Source of the DNA: Haplodiscus bocki
Lineage: Eukaryota
Direction: 5' to 3'
Assembly: GCA_965655095.1 (NCBI GenBank)
Contig: OZ296650.1
Span: forward strand, 93,434,001 to 93,498,000
DNA length: 64,000 nt
Each line of letters begins with the position of its first letter. Within the stretch, counting starts at the first letter, position 1. Of the stretch, positions 11,386 through 24,386 are shown one piece after another. The translations under genes were made by a program, and so were the position numbers. The notes beneath the pieces were generated by a model. That model was given only the letters and a program-made list of their open reading frames with translations. It did not search any database and had not been told where the DNA came from.

Positions 11386-12204
11386 GTAAGTTCAATTCAT
11401 TAAATCAAACTTCGGCTTTTTCAATTGTAACCAATTGTGCATTGTCTTTTCTTTCCTCTGTAGTTTTCATCTTGTGTCAGAATTTTGGAGCAATTTTGAA
11501 CAAAATATCTACAAATTCAGGCAGATATCACCGCTAACGGTGACTATTCATTACACGGAAAAAAATCGATACCCAACGCGCTGAAACATGACCAGTTCAC
11601 CCACCCTACACTACAATATTTTGGGCGCGTTGAATAATGTGGATTTTTTCCGGTGCTTTGAATGTTCGGCGGGATGGGAGGAAGTCACATTTCGGGACAA
11701 TGTCATAAAATAACTTTTTTCCGCAAATAACTAAATTTTCTGAATTTCTTTTAGACCAAAGAATCGTCAAATCAAGTTTTATGAGTGCCATAATCCAAGA
11801 GTTAATCGAACGTGTCTTGCCGCTTTTCCCTCAACTCACGTTTTATTTACTTTATTTGTAGTTTTATCTGTCATTGTTTTATTTGTAGACTTGAGCTTGA
11901 CTTAAGCAAAAAAACGATTGAAGACAGTTGTCTTTTATGAGATGGAATTATCACTGCCAAATCTTCTAGAAAGTAAGTACGTTGTCGGTCAAAGGAATTC
12001 CATTAGGAGAAAATGGAGTGAATAATTCCGAATTGAAAATATTGACTCTGAATTGTTCGGAATGTAGTTTAGAAGTTGTTTTTGTGTTTTTTAGTTGCTC
12101 ATAATACTGGACATTTTTTAGTATTTGAAAACATTAAAATGCAAAATTTACTTGAAATCATGATCTCACTTTTTTATGCACCATTTTTTTTTCAAGAAGT
12201 CGAG

Positions 12205-12262
<58 letters not shown>

Positions 12263-15200
12263 GGAGCTGGAGTGTTTTGCGTGGTGTACACTCGGTGTAT
12301 GCTAATTTTTGAGCTATTTATCATCACAGCTACCCCGCTTTTGCATATCCTTTCAACTGAAAGACTGAGAGACTTTAAAGCTTTGTAACGTTGTCGTTTA
12401 TTTTTTTATTCGAATCGGAATGAAATGGCAGTGCTCGATATTACTAAGTTTCATTTTTCGAGGTCCCTGATTATATCTATATCATTTTTAAAGTCGTCGA
12501 AAACTCTGAAAGTTGGTATTTTGCCAACCTCCGGAAGAAAGTAGGATTACATTCATTATTGCCTCTTGAAATAATTCTGGATGAAAGAATGTTTTTGAGC
12601 ACTTTTGGCCGTTTTTACGTGAACTGTAATTTCTAACATCAGCTTCCAATTCTGAACTTCAAAACAGATGGTGGGTGAAAGATTCTTATTGTTTATAGTC
12701 GCCTCGCGACTTTACTCATTTTCTTTCACACGTCATACTTTTGATTGACGTCTAATGTACCATCTTCACGTTTAGATACGAGAGCAAAATTATTTTCACA
12801 CCTTTGAAACAGAGCAAGGGCGAATTGACAGAATTGATTGAGAATTAAATGCAGATGAATCAAACGAATCCGAAGTTTGAATGGGCTGTGAAAAATTAAG
12901 AGTTTGCGTTGTTCCCATCTCCAAGTCATACTTGGCAGCAACTTTCAAGTTGGCCATGTACACGCGATTAAGTCTCGAAAGTAATTTAGGTCAAAAGTGA
13001 GATAAGGATGACATTTTGAAAGGATTTTGAAGTTTCAGTGATTTCTTGTGTCCCAAAACGGGAAACGGGCAATCTTCAGAAATTGATTCAACATGGCTCG
13101 TTTTCCCCAAAAATCTTCCGAAACTTAGATCCAATCACAGCAATTACGAGTTTAATGCTTTATATCAAATCGGGGTTTGTTTGTACATTCTCCTCTGCGA
13201 AAACACATCAGTGAAGTTGGGTTAAATTTTTGAATATAAATTTAGCATTGGCTTCGATAGAGTCAGGTGATTGTTTTGACTACCAAAATTATCGACTTTT
13301 TTTGTAAAACAGTTAAAAATTTGATCAAAAGTTCTTAATTTGGTGACTAAAAAGGGCGAGTTGCAACTGAAATATTTATCGCTGAAATTTCGAATAAAAA
13401 TAAAAACCATTTTTCAAAAAATCTATTTAAAAGTTTTCTAAATATCCAGTGTGTTTGGAGGAAGTGATCTGTCAAAATGACAAGGAGGGATCTTTTTCAC
13501 ACTATGGTGTATGCACACGTATAGCGCTATTTAGTTAATTCAAAAAGAACCGTTTTTGAAGTTAATTTGGTCACTGTTAACTTCAGGAAGTTTGATTCGT
13601 CAATTCCTAAAACGTACAGGATTAAGATTTACGTCTTTAATGTTTGCCTGTGGATGATTAGGACTTCAGTCCATAGTTTGCCCTGCAATTTGTGCTGCAT
13701 ATTAATCTAAATGACTTGTTTTAAATACTGATTGCCTTGTTTGGTGGTAAAATTGTAAGGAATTGAATTATTTGCACTTGGCAAACGCTAGGAATGAGTG
13801 CTGGGGCAGATGTAATACAACACTTAGCCTCAACTCCTAAATGCCCTTTCTGTGTATGTTGACCACTGTTAGTTTAATGTACACTTACATGCATACACGT
13901 ATGATATGTAGCAATCCAGTAGTTACCGGATATTTAAGATATTATCCTGCTCCGCAGTTGCCATTTTTGGGTGCCTCGTCTAACACTAGAGGCAGGCCGC
14001 GGAGTAGTAGGACTACGAGCCGAGGTTTGTTTGTGCCTTGAGTGAGTCAACTTTAGCGGCGGGTGTTTGGTGCTTTGTCAAACTAGTGGACAAACAAAAT
14101 GATCGTAATGAGTTGACAAAGGAATTTGTCTTGGCTGCAACACCAGCAATAAGTTTATTTACATCCCACTGTTTGTTACTCCTGGAAACTCTATTGCCAT
14201 CTGGTGCCGCCATCGTCATCCCAGCTCAGCTCCACAATTGCCGCGGCTCCACTGCCAGACCACTCTACTACAACTACAACTACTTCTAATGCTGCCTTTA
14301 ATGTCACAACAATTCTTACCTCACCTCAGCTGAGCTACAATCTAAAGTATCCTTGCCCTGCCCTACCCGGCCCTGCCTAGCCTTTGAGCTCCCCTCTTCT
14401 CTCCACAATGCTTATCTTCCCCAAACTGCTTTATTCTCCTTCTGCCACTCGCCGATCAACTCAACTCCCATTCTCTCACGATTGAACTACACCAGGACCG
14501 CCGCCGCATCCCGTCTGTGAAACTATTCCCACAATCATGCCAACAAAAATTTTTGTTTTTGTTTGTTTCACTAAGTGCTTCTTGTTTGTATTGCACATTA
14601 CTGTAATAATAGGCCGCACTCCAATCAACGCTCCAGCGGGGCCCTGTTAATTTTCTCTAACGCCTCTGTTGTAGCAGGGCTAGCTAATCAATGGAATGCA
14701 TTACAAAGGAAGCGACTTGCATTAACAATTTTCTACTGTGCTCACATGCGCGCACCAACTGTTGTTCTATTGCTATGAGGGCGCAAATTAAACGATGATA
14801 GAAAGATCACAATCTTGATGGGAACAAACACGTTTCGTGTCTTGTTTTACCATAGTTTGAGACTTCTCGCTCCAGTAACTTTATTGTTGAGACTAAAAGC
14901 TTGTAACTTCTAATTTCTTCACAATTGCTAAGAAGAAAAAACATGAAAAGGTAGAGCACAAGATTGTCTAAGCTTATCATAATAGTGGCTTATGAGGCAT
15001 CGTGGATAGTAAATTAGAGTATAGAGAAGAACTTCGTTTCTCGCCACGGCGTTTCACGATTCGACATCATCAGTTGATAACTTAGGAGTCCCTGCAACTT
15101 GAAAAATTATATACTTAGTGTATCGGTATACCAAAATATGACCATAACCGCCACTAATATATCACTTGAAGCATGCCAGAAAGTAGACCGCTGCAGACGA

Positions 15201-18200
15201 TCATTTTTGAGCTCTAGCAGAGGAAAACGAATGCAGCCTCTTTTATTTTCGTGCCAAAACCGCCATCGGCTTAAATATATGGTTGCTTCGGACCAATTTT
15301 TCTATGGCTCGCTGATCAAATGATGGTATACAGGAGATGCTTTTATGACAAGCAACCATGAAGTAATTAGTTTAAGCAGCTGAAACTCAATTGAATCATA
15401 TCGCGTTCCAATGTTTGCCAAAGTTTTCTAACTTAATATACTGAAAAACAGAAGAGGCACGAACCATAAATGTTCAATGCTATCATTCGGTTGATTAATT
15501 GGCCTTTGAAATGCATTTGAAAATAGCGACTGGACACAATTTTTCGGTAGTTTTCTTGAAAGTTCCAAAGAACACGCTGAACTGCTTGTGATTAAAGTGC
15601 GAACGTGTGGTTTCATTGTTTAATGACGAAAGAACGATACTACGGAAAGATTTTGGGAACTGTATAGAAAAATTTTGAAATATTTTGAAATACTGATGAT
15701 CAGAATGGAGATGAACCTTTCAGAAATAAGCTTAATCAACTAATTGTCTTTTGAGGTGCCCGAATGTTGCCGATCCATTGGAACATATAACATAAATTTT
15801 CTTTATGACACTTCTCGAACCTGAAACCTTTTGAAAATCTAATTTTTTGATCCCTTTCCCCAAAATATGTAGTATGTGAAATAAAAACTAATATAATTCT
15901 GAGCGTTATTTTGCAGCGCATCGACCTTTCACATGCGACATTTGCCACCTTTCGTTCACTCAGAAGGGCAACTTGTCTCGCCACAAACAAATACACACGC
16001 CCCACAAACCCTTCAAATGCGACTTGTGCAACTACGCCTCCAGGCGAAAGGACGCCCTGATCAACCACAGATCCACGCATTGCGTGGAGAAACCCTACAA
16101 ATGTTGCAAATGCTCACAAGCTTACAAACAGAAGTCTTCGCTGCGGGATCATCTGAGAGCACAACACAAGATGAGCACAGAAGAGATCCGAGACATTATT
16201 CCTCCAGATTTTCCACCAAATGTCGCTCTCATTGCCAACATTGGAACCAAGACAAGTGGAAGTAAACGGAAGGCGTCCACCGGAAGTACCTCGCCACCTC
16301 CCATCTCAGCAGATGACCCCACCCTCTTCATGCCAGACATGCATACCCAGTCGTCCCCCGAAGGGACGGCCCTGACCAGTTTTGTGCCAAACAGCCACAG
16401 CGTGCCATCTTCACCCAGTGTCGAATCAAGTGCTAGCCCAGTGGGCAGTGGAATTGGTGGAGACGTGTTTTCTCCTATTGGAAAGAAACGATTGATTGAA
16501 AGTGAGTATAGAAAGTCAGGAAGTACATTTGAACATTGATTAGTTATGTAGCTAGAATAGTTTCCGCTTCTGGGGTTAGTGAAATATATATTATGCTCTG
16601 CTATTTGCGACGTGCCAAAATGTCTCGAAACATCGTTTGCTCATGAATTTTTCACGAAGAAAAAATCATTCCTTAAATACAAATTGAGAACCACGAATGT
16701 ATATCAAGGAAGTACAACGTCTTACATTTTTTAAACTTCGGCCGCATTGAGAAATAAACCATCGGGACTTCGCTATTTTTTTTGAGATTTTAACTCATTT
16801 TATTTCAAATATTGTTTTTTCAGGGAATGGTGATTACGATAGTGAACTGAAAATTGCAGAAAATGATTCCGAACTGCTGAGTCCATCAAAATTGGAAGAT
16901 GCATCTACTCAAGTGGAAGATCTATCCATGAAGAAAGATTTACCTAAACCAATGGATTTGGTCAAAAAGGTTATATTTTATTTCAATCTGCCAAGTTTGA
17001 AACTATAGTGTGAAACTTTGGCTGGTAGGCTCCGAAAACAAGAAAAAATATAAAAAATTGCGAATTTTGTTGTGAAAAAATGCTTTGTTGACAAAAATGC
17101 TGTTCACAAAAATTTCACATCATCGGCCATAAAATATTTTGTCCCAAAAAAACTTGCAATTTTTTCCTTCGGAAGTACAAAGATACAGTAGAATTTGGAA
17201 TTTTCTGTCCAAATTTATAGAAAATGCTCTTACTCGGACGAGAGTTTTGCTATTGAGAAGCCTTAAGGGGAAGAGAAGAAACAAATAATCGGCGAGAAAC
17301 GTAGTACTCGATTCAGATCTTTGGTTTTCAGCAAGGATGAAATGGCAAAACTATCATAGGGAAATCACTATATTGAAAAAAATCATTCTCCGCTATTTAA
17401 TTTAAAAACTCCTCGTTGAACTCCTCGAATTATATTTTATGTTAAGAGACATGTTTGTTTTGTAGGAGTATCAGTCCGAGAACACCCCCTTGCCTATAAA
17501 CATGAGCAGTCATCAAAAAGCATCGACTGGGAACAGCCACTCCGCTTTTACATCAGTAGCAGGTATTGGTGGCGAGCAGTCACCGCAGTTCAGACCCCCC
17601 TCTGGCTCAGGAACTAAAAGAATGTCTGCTTCAGCTGCGCTTTCCCCTAACATATTTCCCCAGCAAACTCCAGCTGCCTTTTCCAATCTGATGAATCAGC
17701 AATCTCATCCCCAAAGTGCAGCAGTGCGGAATAGTAATGCAGCTGCGATGTACGAGTATTGTCTACAAATGTTGCGCCATAGACCTTCCGATGCTCAGCA
17801 AAGAGTGAACCTGTGGCAACTCTATAATCAACAATTGGCTGCCAAAACTGCTGCCGTTGCTGCAGTCGCCGCTCAGGGAGTCAATGCAAACCCCTCTGCC
17901 GGTACCGTCAATCAAGTGAACCAAATCCCCCCACCCCCCAGTGCCTCTACAGGGGCACCTATTGCGTCATACTTTCAATCTAACCCATTATTAGCGCAAT
18001 TTGCCATGGCACAACAACACAAAGCAGCAGCTGCTGTTAATAATAGTAATAACAATAATGGCAACAGTGGTATCAGTGCCACTACTGCTCCTACTCTGCC
18101 TCTGCAATCCTTCATCAGCAACAAGTCGGAGCCAAACCCCGCCAAGTCACAAATCCAGCCTGCAGTGAAGGAGGAGGTTACCCCCCACAGTATTGCTTCT

Positions 18201-18563
18201 GCGTTATGTGCTGCTTCTACCGTCGCCACAAACGACACAGACAAAAGTTCTCAGAAACAAGAGCGCGCCAACAACACAAGTGGCAATGTGCCGATATCTT
18301 CATCTCAATGCGATGTTTGCAAAAACGGTAGTCGACATGTTTGCGATACTTGTCAGATAATATTCACGGATGAAGTTATGTACACAATTCACATGGGAAT
18401 ACATACTAAGGCGAACCCTCTGCAATGCAATATCTGTGGCTTCCTTTCCTCAACAAGATACGAGTTTGCATCTCATGTTGCCCGAGGCGACCACAGACCC
18501 AAAGAAACCACCACTGCAGCCACCGGAACGAAATCAGCAGAATCTGTTTGCACAGCTGATTGA
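10920..18563 (+). CDS. ikzf: Ikaros-family C2H2 zinc-finger transcription factor, 4 coding exons (10920-11385, 15917-16501, 16824-16969, 17466-18563; 2295 nt, 764 aa)
   Basis: All introns are GT-AG with matching phases (1,1,0). CDICHLSFTQKGNLSRHKQIH, CDLCNYASRRKDALINHRSTH and CCKCSQAYKQKSSLRDHLRAQH correspond to Ikaros F2-F4; CDTCQIIFTDEVMYTIHMGIH...CNICGFLSSTRYEFASHVARGDH corresponds to dimerisation fingers F5-F6. Confidence 0.92.
12205..12261 (+). repeat. (TAC)19 microsatellite in intron 1
   Basis: Perfect trinucleotide run. Confidence 0.98.
15917..16501 (+). CDS. ikzf: Ikaros-like gene exon 2 (three DNA-binding zinc fingers)
   Basis: Acceptor ttttgcag| at 15916, donor |gtgagt at 16502; three C2H2 fingers with TPHKPF and CVEKPY linkers. 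Confidence 0.93.
16824..16969 (+). CDS. ikzf: Ikaros-like gene exon 3 (not in the ORF track)
   Basis: Acceptor tttttcag| at 16823, open frame RNGDYDSELK...VEDLSMKKDLPKPMDLVKK, donor |gttata at 16970; bridges the phase 1 to phase 0 change needed between exons 2 and 4. Confidence 0.85.
17466..18563 (+). CDS. ikzf: Ikaros-like gene exon 4 (Ala/Gln/Asn-rich region and two dimerisation fingers)
   Basis: Acceptor ttttgtag| at 17465 in frame with ORF 17490-18563; C-terminal finger pair; TGA stop. Confidence 0.92.
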   Translation, partial: EYQSENTPLPINMSSHQKASTGNSHSAFTSVAGIGGEQSPQFRPPSGSGTKRMSASAALSPNIFPQQTPAAFSNLMNQQSHPQSAAVRNSNAAAMYEYCLQMLRHRPSDAQQRVNLWQLYNQQLAAKTAAVAAVAAQGVNANPSAGTVNQVNQIPPPPSASTGAPIASYFQSNPLLAQFAMAQQHKAAAAVNNSNNNNGNSGISATTAPTLPLQSFISNKSEPNPAKSQIQPAVKEEVTPHSIASALCAASTVATNDTDKSSQKQERANNTSGNVPISSSQCDVCKNGSRHVCDTCQIIFTDEVMYTIHMGIHTKANPLQCNICGFLSSTRYEFASHVARGDHRPKETTTAATGTKSAESVCTAD

Positions 18564-18879
18564 ACTGGAGAGCTCTTGAACGGATAACGGGCAGTTGAAC
18601 CTAGCTGGGAATGCTGACTTCTCATTGGATGAATCTAAACGAATTCAATATCACTTCTTCACTCACCATTGATGCCTTAAAGAAAGACCATGAAACCTAA
18701 ATCACAAAACTTGTTTCTTCAAAATTTATCTTCGCTAAAACTTGCCTCTTATTGCAACTCTAGTCATAGTCTAAAAGATATATTGTTATTTTTGTACATA
18801 AGCCTTCAAAATACTATTTCTTCTCTCTGGGTTGCCTTAAAATGAATTCGATTCTTTAAACTTGAGTACTCCTCTGAGA

Positions 18880-18885
18880 AATAAA
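18880..18885 (+). terminator. Candidate polyadenylation signal of the Ikaros-like gene
   Basis: AATAAA ~320 nt after the stop codon, shortly before repeat-like sequence resumes. Confidence 0.45.
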
Positions 18886-20249
18886 CAACAATCAAGTGTT
18901 TACCAAATCACAATCGAAAGCACAATAGAAACCAGGGCTGAAAATGCGGAACTCATCAAACTGCTCATCGAAGAATAGCCGTTAGAACAAGCTTGTCAAC
19001 AACTAAACACGTTTTGATCAACTTATTGCTCATAACAAACAAACATTTGCGACATCGTCCCGTCTTTCCGAGTAGTTGAAATGAAATGAACAAAAGAGAA
19101 GTGTTTGGTTTGTGCCTCATTAGCCGTAAGTTGTTTGATTAATCAAATTAACCCATAACTGCAAGAAAGATTTACAGAAAGAGACCTAACTTCTAGCAAA
19201 GTGGACTTCCAAGATTCGATAACTTTTGTCTCCATTTTTGCTAATGTTGAACGTGCGGATCAAACTCACGGTTCCCTTACCTTCATGTTAAGAATGGAAT
19301 ATTTTGACCGCACAGGGTTAACCTGAAAATCTCACGAATTGTGTCATAATCAAAAGGTCTACTGGTATTGTCGATGCAAATACCACTGGGTTGACGAACC
19401 TTATGGAAAAACCAAAAAAAAACATGAGCAAACTTTTGAGAAATTGGGCCTCAGATTGTAAAACCTTTGATGGGAAAGTTCACGATTCATCCATATTTCA
19501 ATTTTTCAACGGATTGCAGAATGGTTGTCATATTGTATGCTGTAAAATGTAAAAATGTAAAGTTTTATGAAAACTTGGCGTGGTATTTCTATACCGCTCA
19601 GCATTTTCGAACATCGCTATCTGTGGATAGATTTTGATCAAACTAGGACGCAATATATAAACAGGGAATGGCCTAATTCGGCGGCACACTTAAGGCTCAA
19701 AGAAATTGTCAAGCAGGACCGAGGTTTCAAAGATTTATATGCTGTTAGTCGGCACTTTTCAGAAACAAAAATGCCAAACTGTTGAAATAATTTGAAGTCC
19801 TTTGGAAATGAGGAAATTCACAAACAATGTATAGGCCCGTATAGGGCCTTTATTTTTTTAATTTTCAGAAAACAAGCAACGTAATATGAAACTCACGCAT
19901 CTCTAGTCTTTCTAGTAGTTAGTGAAGGAAAGTTTTATTATTTACCCCCTGCATGAAAACAAAATATTTTTTGCAATAGTACAATAGTAAATGTTCAGTC
20001 ATACCCTCTTTTTGCCAGACTCAATTTTTTCCAACAAACAATTGAAAAATTGTTACCAATTTTTTTGACACTATTTATTGATACTGGAGTATCTTGCTTT
20101 GTTGGGATAGAAGAGTTTAGTATTAGTGTATGAAAGGCATTATCTTGTGCCCATAAAAAGGGTATTCAACAAAACTGAAGGTACCTAATTAATGCAATTG
20201 ATGCCACCAAACCGAAAAACTTTCATTCGGTGGTTTAATGCCGAAATTA

Positions 20250-21950
20250 GTAAGGTAAAATACCAGTTATTTACATTAAAGTTCAACAAGACGGTACGCT
20301 AGCGTCGGCATATTTTTTGCCTAATTACAAAGATTTTCATCAACTTTTGCAGACAGTTGAAAAATAAGAATACTGTTTTGAGTCTAGTTTTCAAAGGTTT
20401 TCCACGAACATCAATTTCACCAATAAATCAGAGGTATTTTCCTGAATCAATTTTTGAGAATCTGAAACTATCTTGTTGGATCTTGATAGTAGAAATCCCG
20501 CCAGTACTTTCAGTGAAAACGAGTTTGACTAAACGGAAAAGATACTGCAAGTCTTATTTTTGCCAATTTCAGCCTAAAAGACTACGATAGCAGCTAACAT
20601 CTGTCAGAATAGGTTTATCAAGTAACCTTATACACAACTAAACATCTCCAGTGATGCCTTGGTGGAACGAGTCCAGTCAGTATTTTTGGAGAGATGAGAT
20701 GGAATCTCAAAAGGAGCCACATGAATTTGCAAATTTTAGATATCTCAGCTAACCAAAATTCCGCTGAGAGCAACGAAACCTAATTTTTTATATTTCAAAA
20801 ACTCTTCAAAACTAAAACATGTTTTGATGAAGAAATGCAGCCGGTAGTTCTGGAAAAAATTGGTTTCAATAGAAAGAAGCCTCATAAATAAATGTACCTT
20901 TTGGCAATTTACGGGTATCGATAATTCCAATGCAGAAGAACTTAAAGAAGATAGGGAAACTGGATTATCTTCTTCAAAAACACAATTGTTGATTAAAACC
21001 TTGACGGATGATATGTTGACTGTTGGTTTGAGGGAAATTGAGTTTGAATGTCTCGACAAATCAGACCAATTTTCAACTTTTGGCTAATCTCTCCAATCAA
21101 GTTTCCATTAAAAGTAAATAAATCCCTTGTTTGGCACACAAGTAATATTTTGCGGGTAGATAATTGTCGATTGGTACCCTAATGAACGAAATGCAGCCAG
21201 TAGTTTTGGAAAACAAAAGGCTCGATTCTCAGGAAAAACCTTTGCACGTTCTTGCTTTTCCGGTCCACACAATTTTTGATGTCGGGAGCGTTTCCCGAGA
21301 TACCTTTATTGAATGATGCTGTTCAATTGCAAACCTGTTGATTGACACCTCGATGTCAAATATTCAACGGTTCGTTTTTAAAAAAAATTAAAATTCAGTA
21401 TTTGGACAAATCATATGGATACGCAAATATTGGCACTTTCCGCCTATCAAAGTCAAATTTCCAGAAACCAAGCGCAATAATTCACAATTGCGGAGGTTTT
21501 TAAAGAAATGAAAAGTTGACTTATATTTTGATGAATGAGAAGCAGTGGTTGGTTTTTGAGAATGACAGGTTTGTTTTGCCGGACAAATCAGACCTTTCCC
21601 AATTTTTGTCTCTATCGGTCCACTAAAATTTCAATGCAATTACATTTTCCAGGAGTGTTAAAACTGAAAATCATTCTGCGGATAGCAACATGTTGATAGG
21701 GTACATGATCGCGGAAATCAAGATGGTTATTCTGAAACGAATCGAGTCTGTCTGTTGAGACGTTTCACAAAAATATGCATTTCCTGACAAAGTCCTTGCA
21801 TGGGGTTTCCGATCCGGAGGACCAAACACAAAATTAGACAGTTGAGTAGCATTTCACAAGTTCATAAACGTCGACTGTGACATGGATTGAAGAGAGGTAG
21901 CCGGTTGTGTTGGCGAAATTCCGGTTTGAGTTGCGGGAAAAAGAAATTCC
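20250..21950 (+). repeat. Decayed tandem array of ~175-bp (~58-codon) units, apparently once protein-coding
   Basis: Recurrent aatgcagcc.gtagtt.tggaaaa (20833, 21190; variants 20492, 21540, 21720, 21898) and gacaaatca (21055, 21404, 21582). Confidence 0.55.
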
Positions 21951-23904
21951 GTGCGCCTTTTTGGGTTAACTCCAACTGTGGAAGTGCCAATGCAAGAACT
22001 GGTATCGGAGATTTTGCTGCTGAAAGTTGTTTTGCAATTTAGCTAGAAACTGTCGATTGAGACATTGAGAGAACGGTTATTGCCATTATATTGAAGACGA
22101 ACTAGTCTGAATACCGGCGTTAATCGTACGTAAACGCAGTTGTTGCTAATTCCGATCAATGTTTTTTCTTTTGGAAAGCTGAAGTAGCAAAACATTACTG
22201 AACTACGTTTTGTGGGGTGACGAAAGTCGAGCAAGACAATGATGGATGAAAATCAGAAATGAAGAAATTTGTACAGAAAAATACCTGTCCAAGTTATTTT
22301 GGACACAAAATCCTTGTCTAAAATGCCAGCCTTTTGAACTGATTTTGATGGAACTTCTACAGTTTGATAATTGTCGTTTGTGGTGTTCATGGAAGAAGTC
22401 CATTAGGTCAATTCGGAGGAAACTGACTTTGAATGTCGAGGTCTCTTAAGCCTTGTCTGACTCTAAGGGTTACACAACGTGCACATCGACGTGTTCCTGG
22501 AAAATTCCTCAAAAACAGTTTTTAGGTGTTTGTGGCTCATGTTAGAAAATTGTTTACAGATACTCGATGATTTTTTCAGGCAAAACATATCAAATACTCG
22601 AAACGGAATTCAAATTATAAAGAAGAAATAAATTTTGGTTATTTGAAAATTATTAGACAGTCTCAATTGTGGCAAATTTTTGCAAAATTGGACATAATTG
22701 ATTCGATTTTGTTAAGTGGAAATAATAGAATTTTCTCGGAAAATAAAAAATTTCTCAACCATATCGAAAAAAAATTGAGTCAAAAAAGGACCGAAAATTT
22801 TTCAAAAGTTTCAGGAAACATGAAACCAGCTTGTAAAAGATTTGCTGAGTTATTAGTTGAAGCTGCCTATCTATGGGGATGCCGAATAATTGTATTACAC
22901 AAGAAGCTAGGGAATATGCAACACGAAGTCTCCGTAACAATCGCAATTCATGGAGAAAGGGAAGTAACTGCACGACTGAGGTGACTATTTTTTGCTGCAA
23001 AATTAAATGGACGGCAACCAAAACAAGCTAAGTAAACGTCGAAATTGACGCTGTTCATCTGTTTGGCCCGGAAGTTTCAGTTATCTATTGGAAGAGAACA
23101 CCGCACATAATCGGAAACTTTTTGTTTCACAGTATAATTTTACTGAAAAACTAATAGGGAGACCTTTTGGTACTCCTGGAAGTTTCAAGTGCTCCTGTAA
23201 GTTTATGGCGCCACTTATTTGTCCAGTGCAAACATTTTTGATAACCATAGAGGGAGCATCACAAAAGGTGTCGAAAAAAATATGTCCGGCAGCAAAAATT
23301 CGTTGGGCGTCCTTTTTGTTGTTCCTGAAAATTTTTGGTCCAAAACACTAGGCCAAATTAGAGTTCCACCCTTTTTCATCAAGGGTTTCGTTTGGCAGTA
23401 CTGAAATAATAATTGGTGGGGAAAACTTTTTGTGTTTCCAAGATTCTTTCGTTATAGAAACTTTTTTGCAGATCACGATTTTTTATCGAGAGTTTTTATA
23501 GTCTCCTAGAACCGAAACCTTTTGTACAATGGATTTTTCCGTGTAGGTGAGTACTTACCTGTGCTTGGCATAGACTGGACTTGTATGCTTCAAAATATTA
23601 TGCCAGAGAAGGCAATTAGGGGAAAATAAGAAAGTTCGTTGTGGTCTTGAAAAAAATAATAATATTGTTTATAATATAAATAGTAATGATAATAATAATA
23701 AATATAGTAAAGATACTTATGATAATGATAGTAATATTATTATTTTTAAAATTACAAATAATGTTTTAGAAAAACAAAAAAACCGACAAAGGTTTTCTCA
23801 TGAACAACAGTTTGAAAATTGGCGAAAAAATTTTAATTTTGATGGGAGTAGAAAAAAAATCCTCGTATTTCGAAATTGTAATTATAAATTGAAAAATAAA
23901 TGTA

Positions 23905-24085
23905 AATTCTGGGTTTCGAACACGTAACTACCTTTTCGGAAATCTGTTGTCCTACCCACTGTGCTATGGGAAGAACTGTTAGTTCTGACAAATGTCGGTG
24001 AAATCATGAAAATATCTGGCACGATAGAGATTCGAACTTGGACCTGCTGCTTGAGAAAGTTTCGTCCTTACCCCACTGCTGAGAT
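23905..24085 (-). repeat. Two adjacent tRNA-like (Pol III A/B box) heads, SINE-like
   Basis: Minus strand TAGCACAGTGG...GTTCGAAAC (23966-23913) and GCAGTGG...GTTCGAATC...GCCA (24080-24017); no complete cloverleaf. Confidence 0.5.
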
Positions 24086-24186
24086 CTGTTTTTGAATAGA
24101 AGGATTTGGCGAATATATACTGAAAAAAACAACCCTATTGAATGAATAATTTTTCTTCCTTTTATAAAAATTTGTAACGAAAAATA

Positions 24187-24386
24187 NNNNNNNNNNNNNN
24201 NNNNNNNNNNNNNNNNNNNNNNNNNNNNNNNNNNNNNNNNNNNNNNNNNNNNNNNNNNNNNNNNNNNNNNNNNNNNNNNNNNNNNNNNNNNNNNNNNNNN
24301 NNNNNNNNNNNNNNNNNNNNNNNNNNNNNNNNNNNNNNNNNNNNNNNNNNNNNNNNNNNNNNNNNNNNNNNNNNNNNNNNNNNNNN
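24187..24386. other. Assembly gap (200 N)
   Basis: Run of exactly 200 N. Confidence 1.

Noticed and set aside
12076-12388. Poly-Tyr / poly-Thr ORFs
   Set aside because: Translation artefacts of the (TAC)n microsatellite.
15917-18563. Calling the zinc-finger gene hunchback
   Set aside because: Finger residues (FTQKGNL, NYA.RR.DAL, VMYTIHMG, RYEF.SH) follow Ikaros-family sequences; Hunchback shares only the overall architecture.
23905-24085. Functional tRNA genes
   Set aside because: A and B boxes are present but acceptor and anticodon stems do not pair; treated as SINE-like heads.
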